A DNA stretch of 64,000 nt from Ignavibacteriota bacterium (GTDB taxonomy: Bacteria > Bacteroidota > Ignavibacteria > UBA10030 > UBA6906), in assembly GCA_963801355.1 (NCBI GenBank), contig CAWDEM010000008.1, positions 2,016,001 through 2,080,000 on the forward strand, given 5' to 3'. Shown one piece after another: positions 1 through 8,410 of this stretch; position 1 is the stretch's first letter, and each line of letters begins with the position of its first letter. The position numbers and the translations under genes are program-made. The notes under the pieces were generated by a model. That model was not told the DNA's origin, ran no database searches, and saw only the letters and a program-made list of their open reading frames with translations.

Positions 1-1294
1 TCCCGGGACGTCGAGAAGGGGATCACTGATTTCCAGACATACAAGAAGCTTGTTGCCGGATTCCCGCCCGAGGCCGCTGCGGCTGCAACCGGCATCTCCG
101 CTCAGGCAATCACAGCGACAGCGCACGCGCTCGCTTCCGGTCCATCAGTGGTCATGGCAGGGTGCAATCCTGCGGGCGGTCCGTTCGACCGGGCCACCGA
201 GGTTGCGATTGCGGGACTCAACATACTCATCGGGAGCGTTGGCCGGAAAGGTGGCATCACTCTTTATGCCCGCACCCCTTCGGCACACGCATCAACCGTG
301 CCGGCGGTCGCCCTGGCGGATGTCCCGGACCATTCCATCCGGCTGCTCTTGATCGACGGCGCCGAATCGGGAAATGTGTTCCCCGCGTCATTGCTCAAAC
401 GGAAACTTACATCCGACGGCGGAACAGTAGTGCTCATGTCTCCGTATCTCGCTCCGCGATCAGGCAGTGCCGACTATTTGTTGCCGTCAGCTGCTGCATA
501 TGAATCGACGGAAGAACTTTCCACCCCAACCGGTGCAACCCGATCTTCCTTTGCTCTCTCCCTCCCGCTGTTCAAGCAGTCCGAGAAGACTGTTGATCCC
601 GTGGCATTCCTGGCGAAGCTCGCTGAGGCCGCCGGTCTTCCTCTGCCCGGAGCGACATCCTCGGAAGCCTGCCTCAAGCAGCGTGCCCACGATATCTGGG
701 TTTCCAAACGAGGATCATTGACTACGGCGGCGGATTCTGCAGTGACCCCTGTACAGGGAATGTCGGGAGAAGAAGATTTGTGGAAGGGATTGTCGGAGGG
801 AGAATGCTGGATTGACAGCGAAGATCAGCACCCGTCAGTCATTCCGAAGTTCGATCCTCGGTTCGATGACGCCTGAGCACTTCCAGGCACCGTCTGCATC
901 GGTGAAACCGGCCAAGGGCACATTGAAGCTGATGCCTTTTGGCTGGAGGAACGCGACGATGACGGCCTCTGTGGCGCCGGTGCTCAGCAAGATCTTCCAG
1001 GAATCGCATCTCCGGAGTCTTGGCGGAAGAGTACACCTCAACCCCTCGACCATTGCCGCGAACGCGCTTGCGGACGGGGCCCGCGTGAAAATCAGCACAC
1101 AGTCCGGAACCGTGACAGCCGATGTCGTTGCCGATCCGGCGATCATTCCCGGTGTCATCCACGCCATCGTCGGTCCATCTCCCAACAACACCGCGCACAC
1201 GGATCAACCCGAGGCGGAGGGACTGCTCGGTCTGTGCGTTGTGGGTGCGGACGGTTCATGGAGAATCACTGAAGCAACGATTGCGAGAGCGTAA
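1..1294 (+). pseudogene. qrcB: QrcB/ActB-like molybdopterin oxidoreductase-family subunit, 5'-truncated by the window and split by a frameshift near 845-876
   Basis: Frame 1 is open from base 1 to TGA at 874-876 (AAAATGISAQAI..., ADYLLPSAAAYE). Frame 2 (812-1294) encodes a molybdopterin dinucleotide-binding-like C-terminal domain (VHLNPSTIAANALADGARVKISTQSG...IIPGVI). It lies directly upstream of qrcC/qrcD-like genes. The break may be a sequencing error. Confidence 0.7.
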
Positions 1295-1298
1295 GAGA

Positions 1299-2048
1299 AT
1301 GGAACAGAGCGCAGAATCCAAATCCCGGTATGGCATGGTCATCGACCTTGACCGCTGCACAGGGTGCGGCGCGTGCATGGTCGCATGTGCGGTGGAGAAT
1401 AACGTTGCTCCGGCGGAACAGAAGGCGACGGATCGCACGGGCGACACCTGGTTGCGCGTCTACACGGTAACCAATGGCGAAGGATTCCCGTCGCTTGACA
1501 CGGTATTCATCCCGATGGGCTGCCAGCAATGTGATAATCATACACCGTGCGTCTCCGTCTGCCCGCAAAACGCCGTGGAACTGGACCACGCGACGGGCAT
1601 CGTTGCGCAGATCCCCCAGCGGTGTCTTGGATGCCGCTACTGCATGACGGCATGCCCGTACCATGCGCGATATTTCAACTGGTGGGATCCCCGGTGGCCG
1701 GAAGGCACAGAAACACTGCTCAATCCGGACGTTGCACCCCGCATGCGCGGTGTTGTCGAAAAGTGCAATTTTTGCCATGGGCGCCTTCATACGGCAAGGA
1801 CCAAAGCAGCAGCAGAAGGAAAAAAAGGAATCGAACCCGGCGACTACATCCCCGCCTGCGTTGAAAGCTGTCCCTCACAGGCAATCGTGTTCGGGGACCT
1901 TGCGGATGAGTCGAGCCCCGTTGCGCAGCTGAGCCGGAGCAGTGATGCATTTCAATTTCTTCCCAGACTCGGCACCGCGCCGAAGGTGTTCTATCACTCA
2001 GCGAGGGAATGGGTCCGGAACATGGCCGCACGGGTACCGACGGCGTAA
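1299..2048 (+). CDS. qrcC: 4Fe-4S dicluster subunit (QrcC/NrfC/DsrO family)
   Basis: YGMVIDLDRCTGCGACMVAC, CQQC...PCVSVCP, CLGCRYCMTACPY, EKCNFC...PACVESCP: four Fe-S cluster motifs. ATG at 1299 just after the upstream stop. Confidence 0.88.
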   Translation: MEQSAESKSRYGMVIDLDRCTGCGACMVACAVENNVAPAEQKATDRTGDTWLRVYTVTNGEGFPSLDTVFIPMGCQQCDNHTPCVSVCPQNAVELDHATGIVAQIPQRCLGCRYCMTACPYHARYFNWWDPRWPEGTETLLNPDVAPRMRGVVEKCNFCHGRLHTARTKAAAEGKKGIEPGDYIPACVESCPSQAIVFGDLADESSPVAQLSRSSDAFQFLPRLGTAPKVFYHSAREWVRNMAARVPTA

Positions 2049-2120
2049 ACACTGAACCCCATCCATAAGGATGGGAATGACAACCCCGCCGTTCACGACG
2101 GGATACAGAGGAACAGGATA

Positions 2121-3347
2121 ATGGATCAGCAGTTCATACCCAGAGGATTGCAGCGGACGTCGTTCACACGGTTTCTGACATGGATTCTCCCGTGGATTCT
2201 CCTGCTGGGCATCGGTGTCTACGCAATGTATCTTTGCCTTGCCGACGGCCTGTATCACACCAACATGGATAACAGGTTTGCCTTCGGGCTCTGGATCTAT
2301 CTTGATCTCACCATCATCGCTCTTGGTGCGGGCGCCTTCTTCACCGGTTTTCTCCTGTATATCCTGAGGAGGGACGAGCTCAAGGCAGTCATCAACAGCG
2401 CCGTGGTTCTCGGACTCATCTGCTACAGCGGCGCCGTCCTCGTGTTGATGGTGGATGTCGGACAACCCCTCCGCGCATGGTTCACCTTCTGGCATCCCAA
2501 CACACACTCGATGCTTGCGGAAGTCACGTTCTGCCTCACCTGCTACCTGACGGTCCTCATCATCGAATATCTCCCTGTGGTGTTGAAGAACCGGAAGCTC
2601 AGACAAATCCCGCGGTTCCTCGTGTTCGAGTTCGAACTGCACAAAGTCATGCCGGTCTTTGCGGGTGTCGGGACGTTCCTGTCCTTCTTCCACCAGGGCT
2701 CCCTGGGCGGGCTGTACGGGGTCCTCGTCGGCCGTCCGTTTTCGTTCCGCGAGGTCCTGGGGATATGGCCGTCCACCTTCTACCTCTTCATCATTTCCGC
2801 GGCGGCTGCCGGCCCGAGTTTCGTTCTGGTGACCACGTGGCTTGTACAGAAACTTTCGGGGAAAAAGCTGGTAAAACCCGAAGTCATGAAATTCCTCGGC
2901 AAGGTGTCTGGGTGGATGCTTATCGTCTATGTGCTGCTGAAGGCTATCGACACACTGTATTGGATCAATCATACCGTGCCGGCAGAGGGTGGGCTTGCGT
3001 ACGCGTTCTATACTTCGCAGGGATTCGGCACGTGGATCCTCTTTGCAGAGATCGTTTTTCTGGGTCTCATCCCCGCCCTGTTGTTGCTGAGCAGGCGGAT
3101 GCGGGAAAAGCCTGCCGTGCTGGTGGGCGCGGCGTTTCTTGTCTGCTGTGGTATCGTGATGAACCGTTTCGTGATGACCATCCAGACTCTTGCGCTGCCG
3201 ACATTGCCCTTTGACCTGATGATGTCCTATGTCCCGAGCTGGCAGGAAGTTGCGACATTTCTCGCTGTTGTCGCCTATGGTGTTCTGGTATATTCTCTTT
3301 CGTTTCGGTATACGACTCTCTTTCCTCAGGAAAGAGACATCCGCTAA
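2121..3347 (+). CDS. qrcD: NrfD/PsrC-family integral membrane quinone-interacting subunit, QrcD-like
   Basis: About 10 TM helices. FGLWIYLDLTIIALGAGAFF, DVGQPLRAW...HSMLAEVTFCLTCY and FHQGSLGGLYGVL match my recollection of Desulfovibrio QrcD. Confidence 0.88.
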   Translation: MDQQFIPRGLQRTSFTRFLTWILPWILLLGIGVYAMYLCLADGLYHTNMDNRFAFGLWIYLDLTIIALGAGAFFTGFLLYILRRDELKAVINSAVVLGLICYSGAVLVLMVDVGQPLRAWFTFWHPNTHSMLAEVTFCLTCYLTVLIIEYLPVVLKNRKLRQIPRFLVFEFELHKVMPVFAGVGTFLSFFHQGSLGGLYGVLVGRPFSFREVLGIWPSTFYLFIISAAAAGPSFVLVTTWLVQKLSGKKLVKPEVMKFLGKVSGWMLIVYVLLKAIDTLYWINHTVPAEGGLAYAFYTSQGFGTWILFAEIVFLGLIPALLLLSRRMREKPAVLVGAAFLVCCGIVMNRFVMTIQTLALPTLPFDLMMSYVPSWQEVATFLAVVAYGVLVYSLSFRYTTLFPQERDIR

Positions 3348-3365
3348 TGACAGTGGAGGTGCATT

Positions 3366-4199
3366 GTGTTCCCGTTCATCTATGAGTTTCAGTGGACCCC
3401 GTACCATATGGTATTTCTGGGCCTTTTCTTTTCCGTGGTGGTTGTGATCCTCTCCGCCGTGTCGCTAGCGGGGCTGCGCGCATACAAAACACTCCAGCGC
3501 CGGCGTCATGAGGCCGTTCAGTGGGAGGCGGAATTCAAAGACCTGCCTGTTGTAGCGCGCACATGCCGGCATCAGATCGCGGGCGAAGTCGAGCACAGGA
3601 CGTGCAATAACGAATTCGATTGCCGTACCTGTGAGGCGCATAAAGCATTTCTGGCCAAACACACACCCGGGCTGGCTCCAGCCGGCACACAGGAGTCTGT
3701 CTTTGGCTTCTCCATGCCCCTTGACCGGTACTACCACCGGGGGCACACGTGGGTGACGTATGATGGCGACGGGATCTATACCATCGGGTTGGACGATTTC
3801 GGCAACCGGATGATTGGTGCTCCGGAGTCCGTTGAACTCCCCGGCGTTGGAACTGCGTTGAGTGCGAACGGCAGCGGATGGCTTATCAAAAAGGGACGCG
3901 CGGCACTTCGCATCCTCTCGCCCATCGACGGCATGGTGGTGGAGACCGGGTCCACAAAGGATGGCTGGTACCTCAAAGTGCGCGGTGGGGAACCTGAAGT
4001 GGAAACCCGTCACCTCCTGCGCGGAGAGGAAATCAAGCCCTGGATCCTGAGGGAGTTGGAGCGGCTGCAGGGTGCCGTTTCACCGGCAGGCGTGGGTATG
4101 ACTCTTGCCGACGGTGGCGAGCTCGTTTCTGATATGTCGAAACACGCCCCGCATGTCGACTGGGACGGTGTCTGGGGAGAGATGTTCCTGCAGGCGTAA
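3366..4199 (+). CDS. Membrane-anchored glycine-cleavage-H-like protein with a Cys-rich linker and no canonical lipoyl motif
   Basis: GGAGG RBS then GTG. N-terminal TM helix, C-x12-C-x5-C-x2-C, and an H-protein-like domain (YYHRGHTWV...IGLDDF...ILSPIDG...GW) without the ESVK lipoylation motif. Confidence 0.8.
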   Translation: MFPFIYEFQWTPYHMVFLGLFFSVVVVILSAVSLAGLRAYKTLQRRRHEAVQWEAEFKDLPVVARTCRHQIAGEVEHRTCNNEFDCRTCEAHKAFLAKHTPGLAPAGTQESVFGFSMPLDRYYHRGHTWVTYDGDGIYTIGLDDFGNRMIGAPESVELPGVGTALSANGSGWLIKKGRAALRILSPIDGMVVETGSTKDGWYLKVRGGEPEVETRHLLRGEEIKPWILRELERLQGAVSPAGVGMTLADGGELVSDMSKHAPHVDWDGVWGEMFLQA

Positions 4200-4205
4200 A
4201 GAGGG

Positions 4206-5567
4206 TTATTCCCTCTGCATGTTGTACTTTTTCAACCGGTCATACAGGGTTGAGCGGTCAATGCCAAGAATGGACGCCGCCTCCTTGATGTTCCCGTGCG
4301 TGCGCTCCACCGTGGCGGTGATGATATCACGCTCCGCTTCCTCCAGCGTGATATTCGCCGGCACGTTCCACGCCGCTTTGCCCTGATCCCGCCCCGCAAC
4401 AAGAAACTCCACATCCTCATCGGCAAGCATCGTGGTCTTGCAGGTGACAATCGCCCGCTCAATGGTGTTTTCCAGTTCACGGACGTTGCCCGGCCATTCG
4501 TGATCCATCAGGATGCGTAACGCTCCCTCGGAGATTCCGCTTATGTTCTTCCCGAGTTCGTGTGAGATCCGCTCGACGAAGTTCCGGGCAAGGAGCGGGA
4601 TGTCTTCCCTGCGTTCCCGCAGCGGGGGTATCTGGATGCTGATCACGTTCAACCGATAGAAGAGATCATCGCGGAATTTTCCTTCGCGTACCGCGCGATC
4701 AAGGTCCACGTTTGTCGCGGCAATCACGCGGACATCCACTTCAATCTCTTCAGTCCCGCCGACCCGGTAGAATTTCCGCTCCTGCAATACGCGCAGGAGG
4801 TCCATCTGCAGTTTCGACGAAATGTCACCGATCTCGTCCAGAAAAAGCGTCCCGCCATCCGCCATCTCAAATTTCCCTTTGCGCTGTGAGGCTGCGCCGG
4901 TGAACGAGCCCTTTTCATGGCCGAAGAGTTCGGATTCAAGGAGCGTTTCGGGAAGAGCGGCGCATGAGACGGTGATGAACGGTTTCGCCGCCCGGTCACC
5001 CGAGAAATGGACGGCCCGGGCGATCAACTCCTTGCCCGTGCCGCTCTCCCCCTGGATGAGTACCGTGCTGCGCAATCCGGCGACATCCCTCACCAGATCA
5101 AAAATCTTTCCCATTTTCGGGCTTTTGCTGAGGATGTCATGAAAGCTGTACTGTTTCGTGAGTTTCTTCCGGAGAATGGAATTCTCCCTCTGCAGGTTCT
5201 TGACCCTGATAATCCTGTTGACGAGAAGGGATATTTCCTCGGGGTTGCAGGGTTTGACGATGTATTCCTGTGCCCCTTCCTTCATCGCTGTGATCGCGGT
5301 GTCCACCGTTGCGTAGGCAGTCACAATGATGATGGATGCCTCCGGATGGATCTTCCGGATTTCCATCATTGTCTCGATGCCATCGATGCCACCGGGCATC
5401 TTCAAATCAATGAAATAGATCGCATAGTCGAGGTGCGCGGCTTTGTCGATGGCCTCCCTGCCCGACACTGCGGTATCGACGTTGTAACCGTCTTCCCGGA
5501 GCCATGCCGCAAGCGACTCGCGCATCACTTCTTCGTCGTCCACCACCATGATATGCCAGTGATTCAT
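4206..5567 (-). CDS. Sigma-54-dependent response regulator (NtrC/AtoC family)
   Basis: Receiver domain (VVDDE, DLKMPG), AAA+ domain (GESGTGKE, ESELFGHEKGSFTGA, LFLDEIG, WPGNVREL) and Fis-type HTH (AASILGIDRSTLYDRL). Confidence 0.95.
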   Translation of the reverse strand: MNHWHIMVVDDEEVMRESLAAWLREDGYNVDTAVSGREAIDKAAHLDYAIYFIDLKMPGGIDGIETMMEIRKIHPEASIIIVTAYATVDTAITAMKEGAQEYIVKPCNPEEISLLVNRIIRVKNLQRENSILRKKLTKQYSFHDILSKSPKMGKIFDLVRDVAGLRSTVLIQGESGTGKELIARAVHFSGDRAAKPFITVSCAALPETLLESELFGHEKGSFTGAASQRKGKFEMADGGTLFLDEIGDISSKLQMDLLRVLQERKFYRVGGTEEIEVDVRVIAATNVDLDRAVREGKFRDDLFYRLNVISIQIPPLRERREDIPLLARNFVERISHELGKNISGISEGALRILMDHEWPGNVRELENTIERAIVTCKTTMLADEDVEFLVAGRDQGKAAWNVPANITLEEAERDIITATVERTHGNIKEAASILGIDRSTLYDRLKKYNMQRE

Positions 5568-6103
5568 ACAGTCCTCGTCTTTTCCTCAACAAGCGTGATG
5601 CAATTACTGCACAATTCCGTGCCTTTGGCGTCCACCTGTCGGACATTGTTCGAGAGTGACATCGGACAGCCGGTGTCTGCGCAATGTGTCAGGCCGACCG
5701 TATGCCCGACTTCGTGCACTGCCTCCTTCACGGCCCGTGCGGCGGTGAGGGAGGGATTGGGAGGCAGACCATAGAATTCCTGTTGCAGACGAGCCACTGA
5801 GACGACCGCGGCCGGAGCACCCAGTTGGGCTTGCCCGAGCACGAAGCTGAGCATAGGAATGAACAGGTCCCTGCTGGAAATCGCCAGGAGGCTCACCGCG
5901 TCAGGCGGCACACGGGCCACAAGTTGACGCAGGATGTGCGCGGAACTGAACTGTCTGCGCTGCGGGTCAAAGGCGTAGTCAGGTCCCGGCAACGGGGACA
6001 GGCGCTTCACCTCATGACCGTACACGCGCTGGAGTCCATGTTCTATTGCGGTCAGGATGTCTTCCTCAATCCCGCCCAGTGCAACGATATACATCGATTT
6101 CAC
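5564..6103 (-). CDS. Archaemetzincin (peptidase M54) zinc metalloprotease
   Basis: HEVGHTVGLTHC zinc motif, CPMSLS Met-turn and LCSNC. Overlaps both neighbours by 4 nt. Confidence 0.9.
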   Translation of the reverse strand: MKSMYIVALGGIEEDILTAIEHGLQRVYGHEVKRLSPLPGPDYAFDPQRRQFSSAHILRQLVARVPPDAVSLLAISSRDLFIPMLSFVLGQAQLGAPAAVVSVARLQQEFYGLPPNPSLTAARAVKEAVHEVGHTVGLTHCADTGCPMSLSNNVRQVDAKGTELCSNCITLVEEKTRTV

Positions 6104-7743
6104 AAGACCCGTTCCGGCGCGAAAGGTACTGCAGCCGGTGCAGCCTGGACGGGTTCGACGGGCAGCGTTACCTTGAACACGGTGCCTTCGCCCACGATGC
6201 TGCGCATCTCGATGTCACCCCCGTGTGCCTGAACAATGCCGTAGACCACAGCAAGCCCGAGCCCCACCCCTTTGCCTTCCCCTTTCGTCGTGAAGAAAGG
6301 AGTGTACAGTTTCGCGATATTCTCCGGGGCAATCCCGTCGCCGGTATCGCTGACCTCGAGGACCAGTGAATTATCGACCGGCTCGTGAGAAGTCCGGACC
6401 GTCACGCGTGCGTCGGCTTTGTTCTGGGTCGCTTCGGCACCGTTCATCACCAGGTTGATCAGCACCTGCTGCATCTGGGAGGCATCACACGTAACGAGCG
6501 GAAGTTGCTCGTCCAGCTGAAGATCCATCGCGACGCCCATCAATTTCAACTTGTGCCCTATCAGATTGACGGTGGTCCGGACGACGGCGTTGAAGTCCGT
6601 ATTCGCACGCTGATGCGGTTTCGATCGCCGGGAAAACGCAAGCAGGTCCTGCACGATCCTGCCTACCCTGCTGGTCTCGTTGACTACCTGCGTCAGGTAC
6701 TTTTTGAACTCCTCGATCCTCTGCGGCGGTATACCATCCTCTTTCACCATGCGCTGCATCAGCATGGAAAGGTTCAGCACCCCCGAGAGCGGGTTGTTGA
6801 TTTCGTGTGCAACACTCGCGGAGAGCTGCCCCAGGGAAGCAAGCCGGTCACTGCGCAACAGCTTCTGATGAGCAACCTTCAGCTCTTCGGTGCGTTGATC
6901 CACTTTCGTTTCGAGTCCCTGGGTAAATTCGTTCAACTTGTTGATCGCCTCGTTCAGTCTCACGCGCATGGTGTCAAAAGTCTGTGCGAGTTCTCCGAGT
7001 TCCTCCGAGGAATCGATATCGACCGGCTTGTCGAGGTTCATCTTGCTTACCGCCCGGATTCCTCCTATGAGCTTCTGAATTGGCGCTGTAACATACCTTC
7101 GTGTAAAGAAGATCGTAAAGACCGATATCAGGAGAACCAGTATGGCGGAAACAATAAGCACCCGGTCCTGGACCGTGCTGATCTCCGCATCGACGGTGCG
7201 AAGGTCAAGGGCGACGTCGACAACACCCAGGACATTCAATGCCGCCGGATGGGCGTGACAGTCTGCATTGCTGCAAGCGGGTTCGTTGTACACCGGGGTC
7301 ACGATCTCGAGGGCGCGCGTGCCGTCCGGGGAACGGAAGACGCGCGTACGCGCGGGCATATCCACCCGCACGAGAGGACTCCCTGATGCGTGGCAAATGG
7401 CGCACGCCTCCGATTGCTTGTCCACTCTGGCGGAATCGCCGGGAGCAGTGGAGAACATCACCCGCCCCTCTTTGTTGAAGATGCGGATGCGGTTGATCCC
7501 CTGCTTGGTGGCGATTGTCTGCATGATATCGTACGCCCGCTCCCGTGTGTCGGCAAGCATGGCGTGCCAGGTCGCACTCACAATGCTGCCCGAAAGCTGG
7601 TCGGCACCTGTGATCATTGCATCCAGAAGTTGACGCTCCTGGGTTTTCATATGGTAAATCCCTGACGCCACGCCGACGAGCATGACAATCACTGTCAGGG
7701 GAATTATGAGCTGTAGAGAGAGCTTCCGCGGATAAAGTTTCAT
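6100..7743 (-). CDS. Membrane sensor histidine kinase (HAMP-HisKA-HATPase) with periplasmic c-type heme motifs
   Basis: Two TM helices flank a periplasmic domain with CAICH and CSNADCH. HAMP, AHEINNPL H-box, and DTGDGI/PFFTTK/GVGLGL boxes follow. Confidence 0.93.
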   Translation of the reverse strand: MKLYPRKLSLQLIIPLTVIVMLVGVASGIYHMKTQERQLLDAMITGADQLSGSIVSATWHAMLADTRERAYDIMQTIATKQGINRIRIFNKEGRVMFSTAPGDSARVDKQSEACAICHASGSPLVRVDMPARTRVFRSPDGTRALEIVTPVYNEPACSNADCHAHPAALNVLGVVDVALDLRTVDAEISTVQDRVLIVSAILVLLISVFTIFFTRRYVTAPIQKLIGGIRAVSKMNLDKPVDIDSSEELGELAQTFDTMRVRLNEAINKLNEFTQGLETKVDQRTEELKVAHQKLLRSDRLASLGQLSASVAHEINNPLSGVLNLSMLMQRMVKEDGIPPQRIEEFKKYLTQVVNETSRVGRIVQDLLAFSRRSKPHQRANTDFNAVVRTTVNLIGHKLKLMGVAMDLQLDEQLPLVTCDASQMQQVLINLVMNGAEATQNKADARVTVRTSHEPVDNSLVLEVSDTGDGIAPENIAKLYTPFFTTKGEGKGVGLGLAVVYGIVQAHGGDIEMRSIVGEGTVFKVTLPVEPVQAAPAAVPFAPERVL

Positions 7744-7886
7744 AAGGGGTTGCCGTGCATTTGTGCCTGCCCAATCACCAAAAATGTACCAAAAAAGATT
7801 GAGAAATCCATGAGCGGACAGCAGGGGTTCAGGTGGGGGGATTCAGGTGGGGCTGGCTTCCGCGCGACCGGGATGAAGGAATAATG

Positions 7887-7926
7887 CAGAGGCCGATTCT
7901 CGCCGCACAAAGAGAATCGGCCTCTG
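7887..7926 (-). terminator. Probable intrinsic terminator hairpin after the heptad-repeat gene
   Basis: Perfect 15-bp stem CAGAGGCCGATTCTC / GAGAATCGGCCTCTG with a 10-nt loop; weak U-tail. Confidence 0.6.
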
Positions 7927-7964
7927 TTACACTACTTTGCCACGGAAGACCGCGGCTTGATGTC

Positions 7965-8384
7965 TTACTTCTGCTTCTGTTCTTCCAACTTCTGCTTTTG
8001 CTCTTCCAACTTCTCGCCTTTCTTCTCCAACTTCTGCTGCATCATTTCTCCCTTTTTCTCCAACTTCTCACCCTTCTTTTCGATCATTTCACCCTTCTTT
8101 TCCATTTTATGGCCCTTCATCTCCATCTTCTCTCCCTTCTTCTCCATCATCTCACCCTTCTTCGGATGATGTTTCTTTACTTTCTCCGCATGCTTCTGAA
8201 TCTTTTCGCCTTTCTTCTGGAGCATCTCACCCTTGTGTCCCGCCTTCTCCCCCGCCTTTTCCATCTGCTCTCCCTTCTTCTCCATCTGCTCCATCTTCTT
8301 CTCGACCTTTTTCTCCTGGGCGAACAAAGTCATCTGGGCCCCGACGAAGGCCAATGCGAGCAACACTATCCCGAGTTTCTTCAT
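7965..8384 (-). CDS. Secreted low-complexity K/E/G/M heptad-repeat (KKGEKME-like) protein
   Basis: AAAGGAG RBS, signal peptide MKKLGIVLLALAFVGAQMTLFAQ, then about 15 KKGExxE-type heptads. Confidence 0.8.
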   Translation of the reverse strand: MKKLGIVLLALAFVGAQMTLFAQEKKVEKKMEQMEKKGEQMEKAGEKAGHKGEMLQKKGEKIQKHAEKVKKHHPKKGEMMEKKGEKMEMKGHKMEKKGEMIEKKGEKLEKKGEMMQQKLEKKGEKLEEQKQKLEEQKQK

Positions 8385-8410
8385 AGCGACAACTCCTTTA
8401 TGGTGGTCTG

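Noticed and set aside
874-876. TGA in qrcB as selenocysteine/readthrough
   Set aside because: The homologous sequence continues in a different frame, so readthrough would not restore the protein.
3366-4199. Canonical glycine cleavage H protein (gcvH)
   Set aside because: No ESVK lipoyl motif, an extra TM and Cys domain, and no gcvT/gcvP nearby.
4880-4920. GSFTGA instead of GAFTGA as sign of a sigma-54-independent activator
   Set aside because: GSFTGA is a common variant that keeps the critical F and T residues.
7965-8310. CRISPR array suggested by 21-nt periodicity
   Set aside because: These are degenerate coding tandem repeats without unique spacers, and no cas genes are present.
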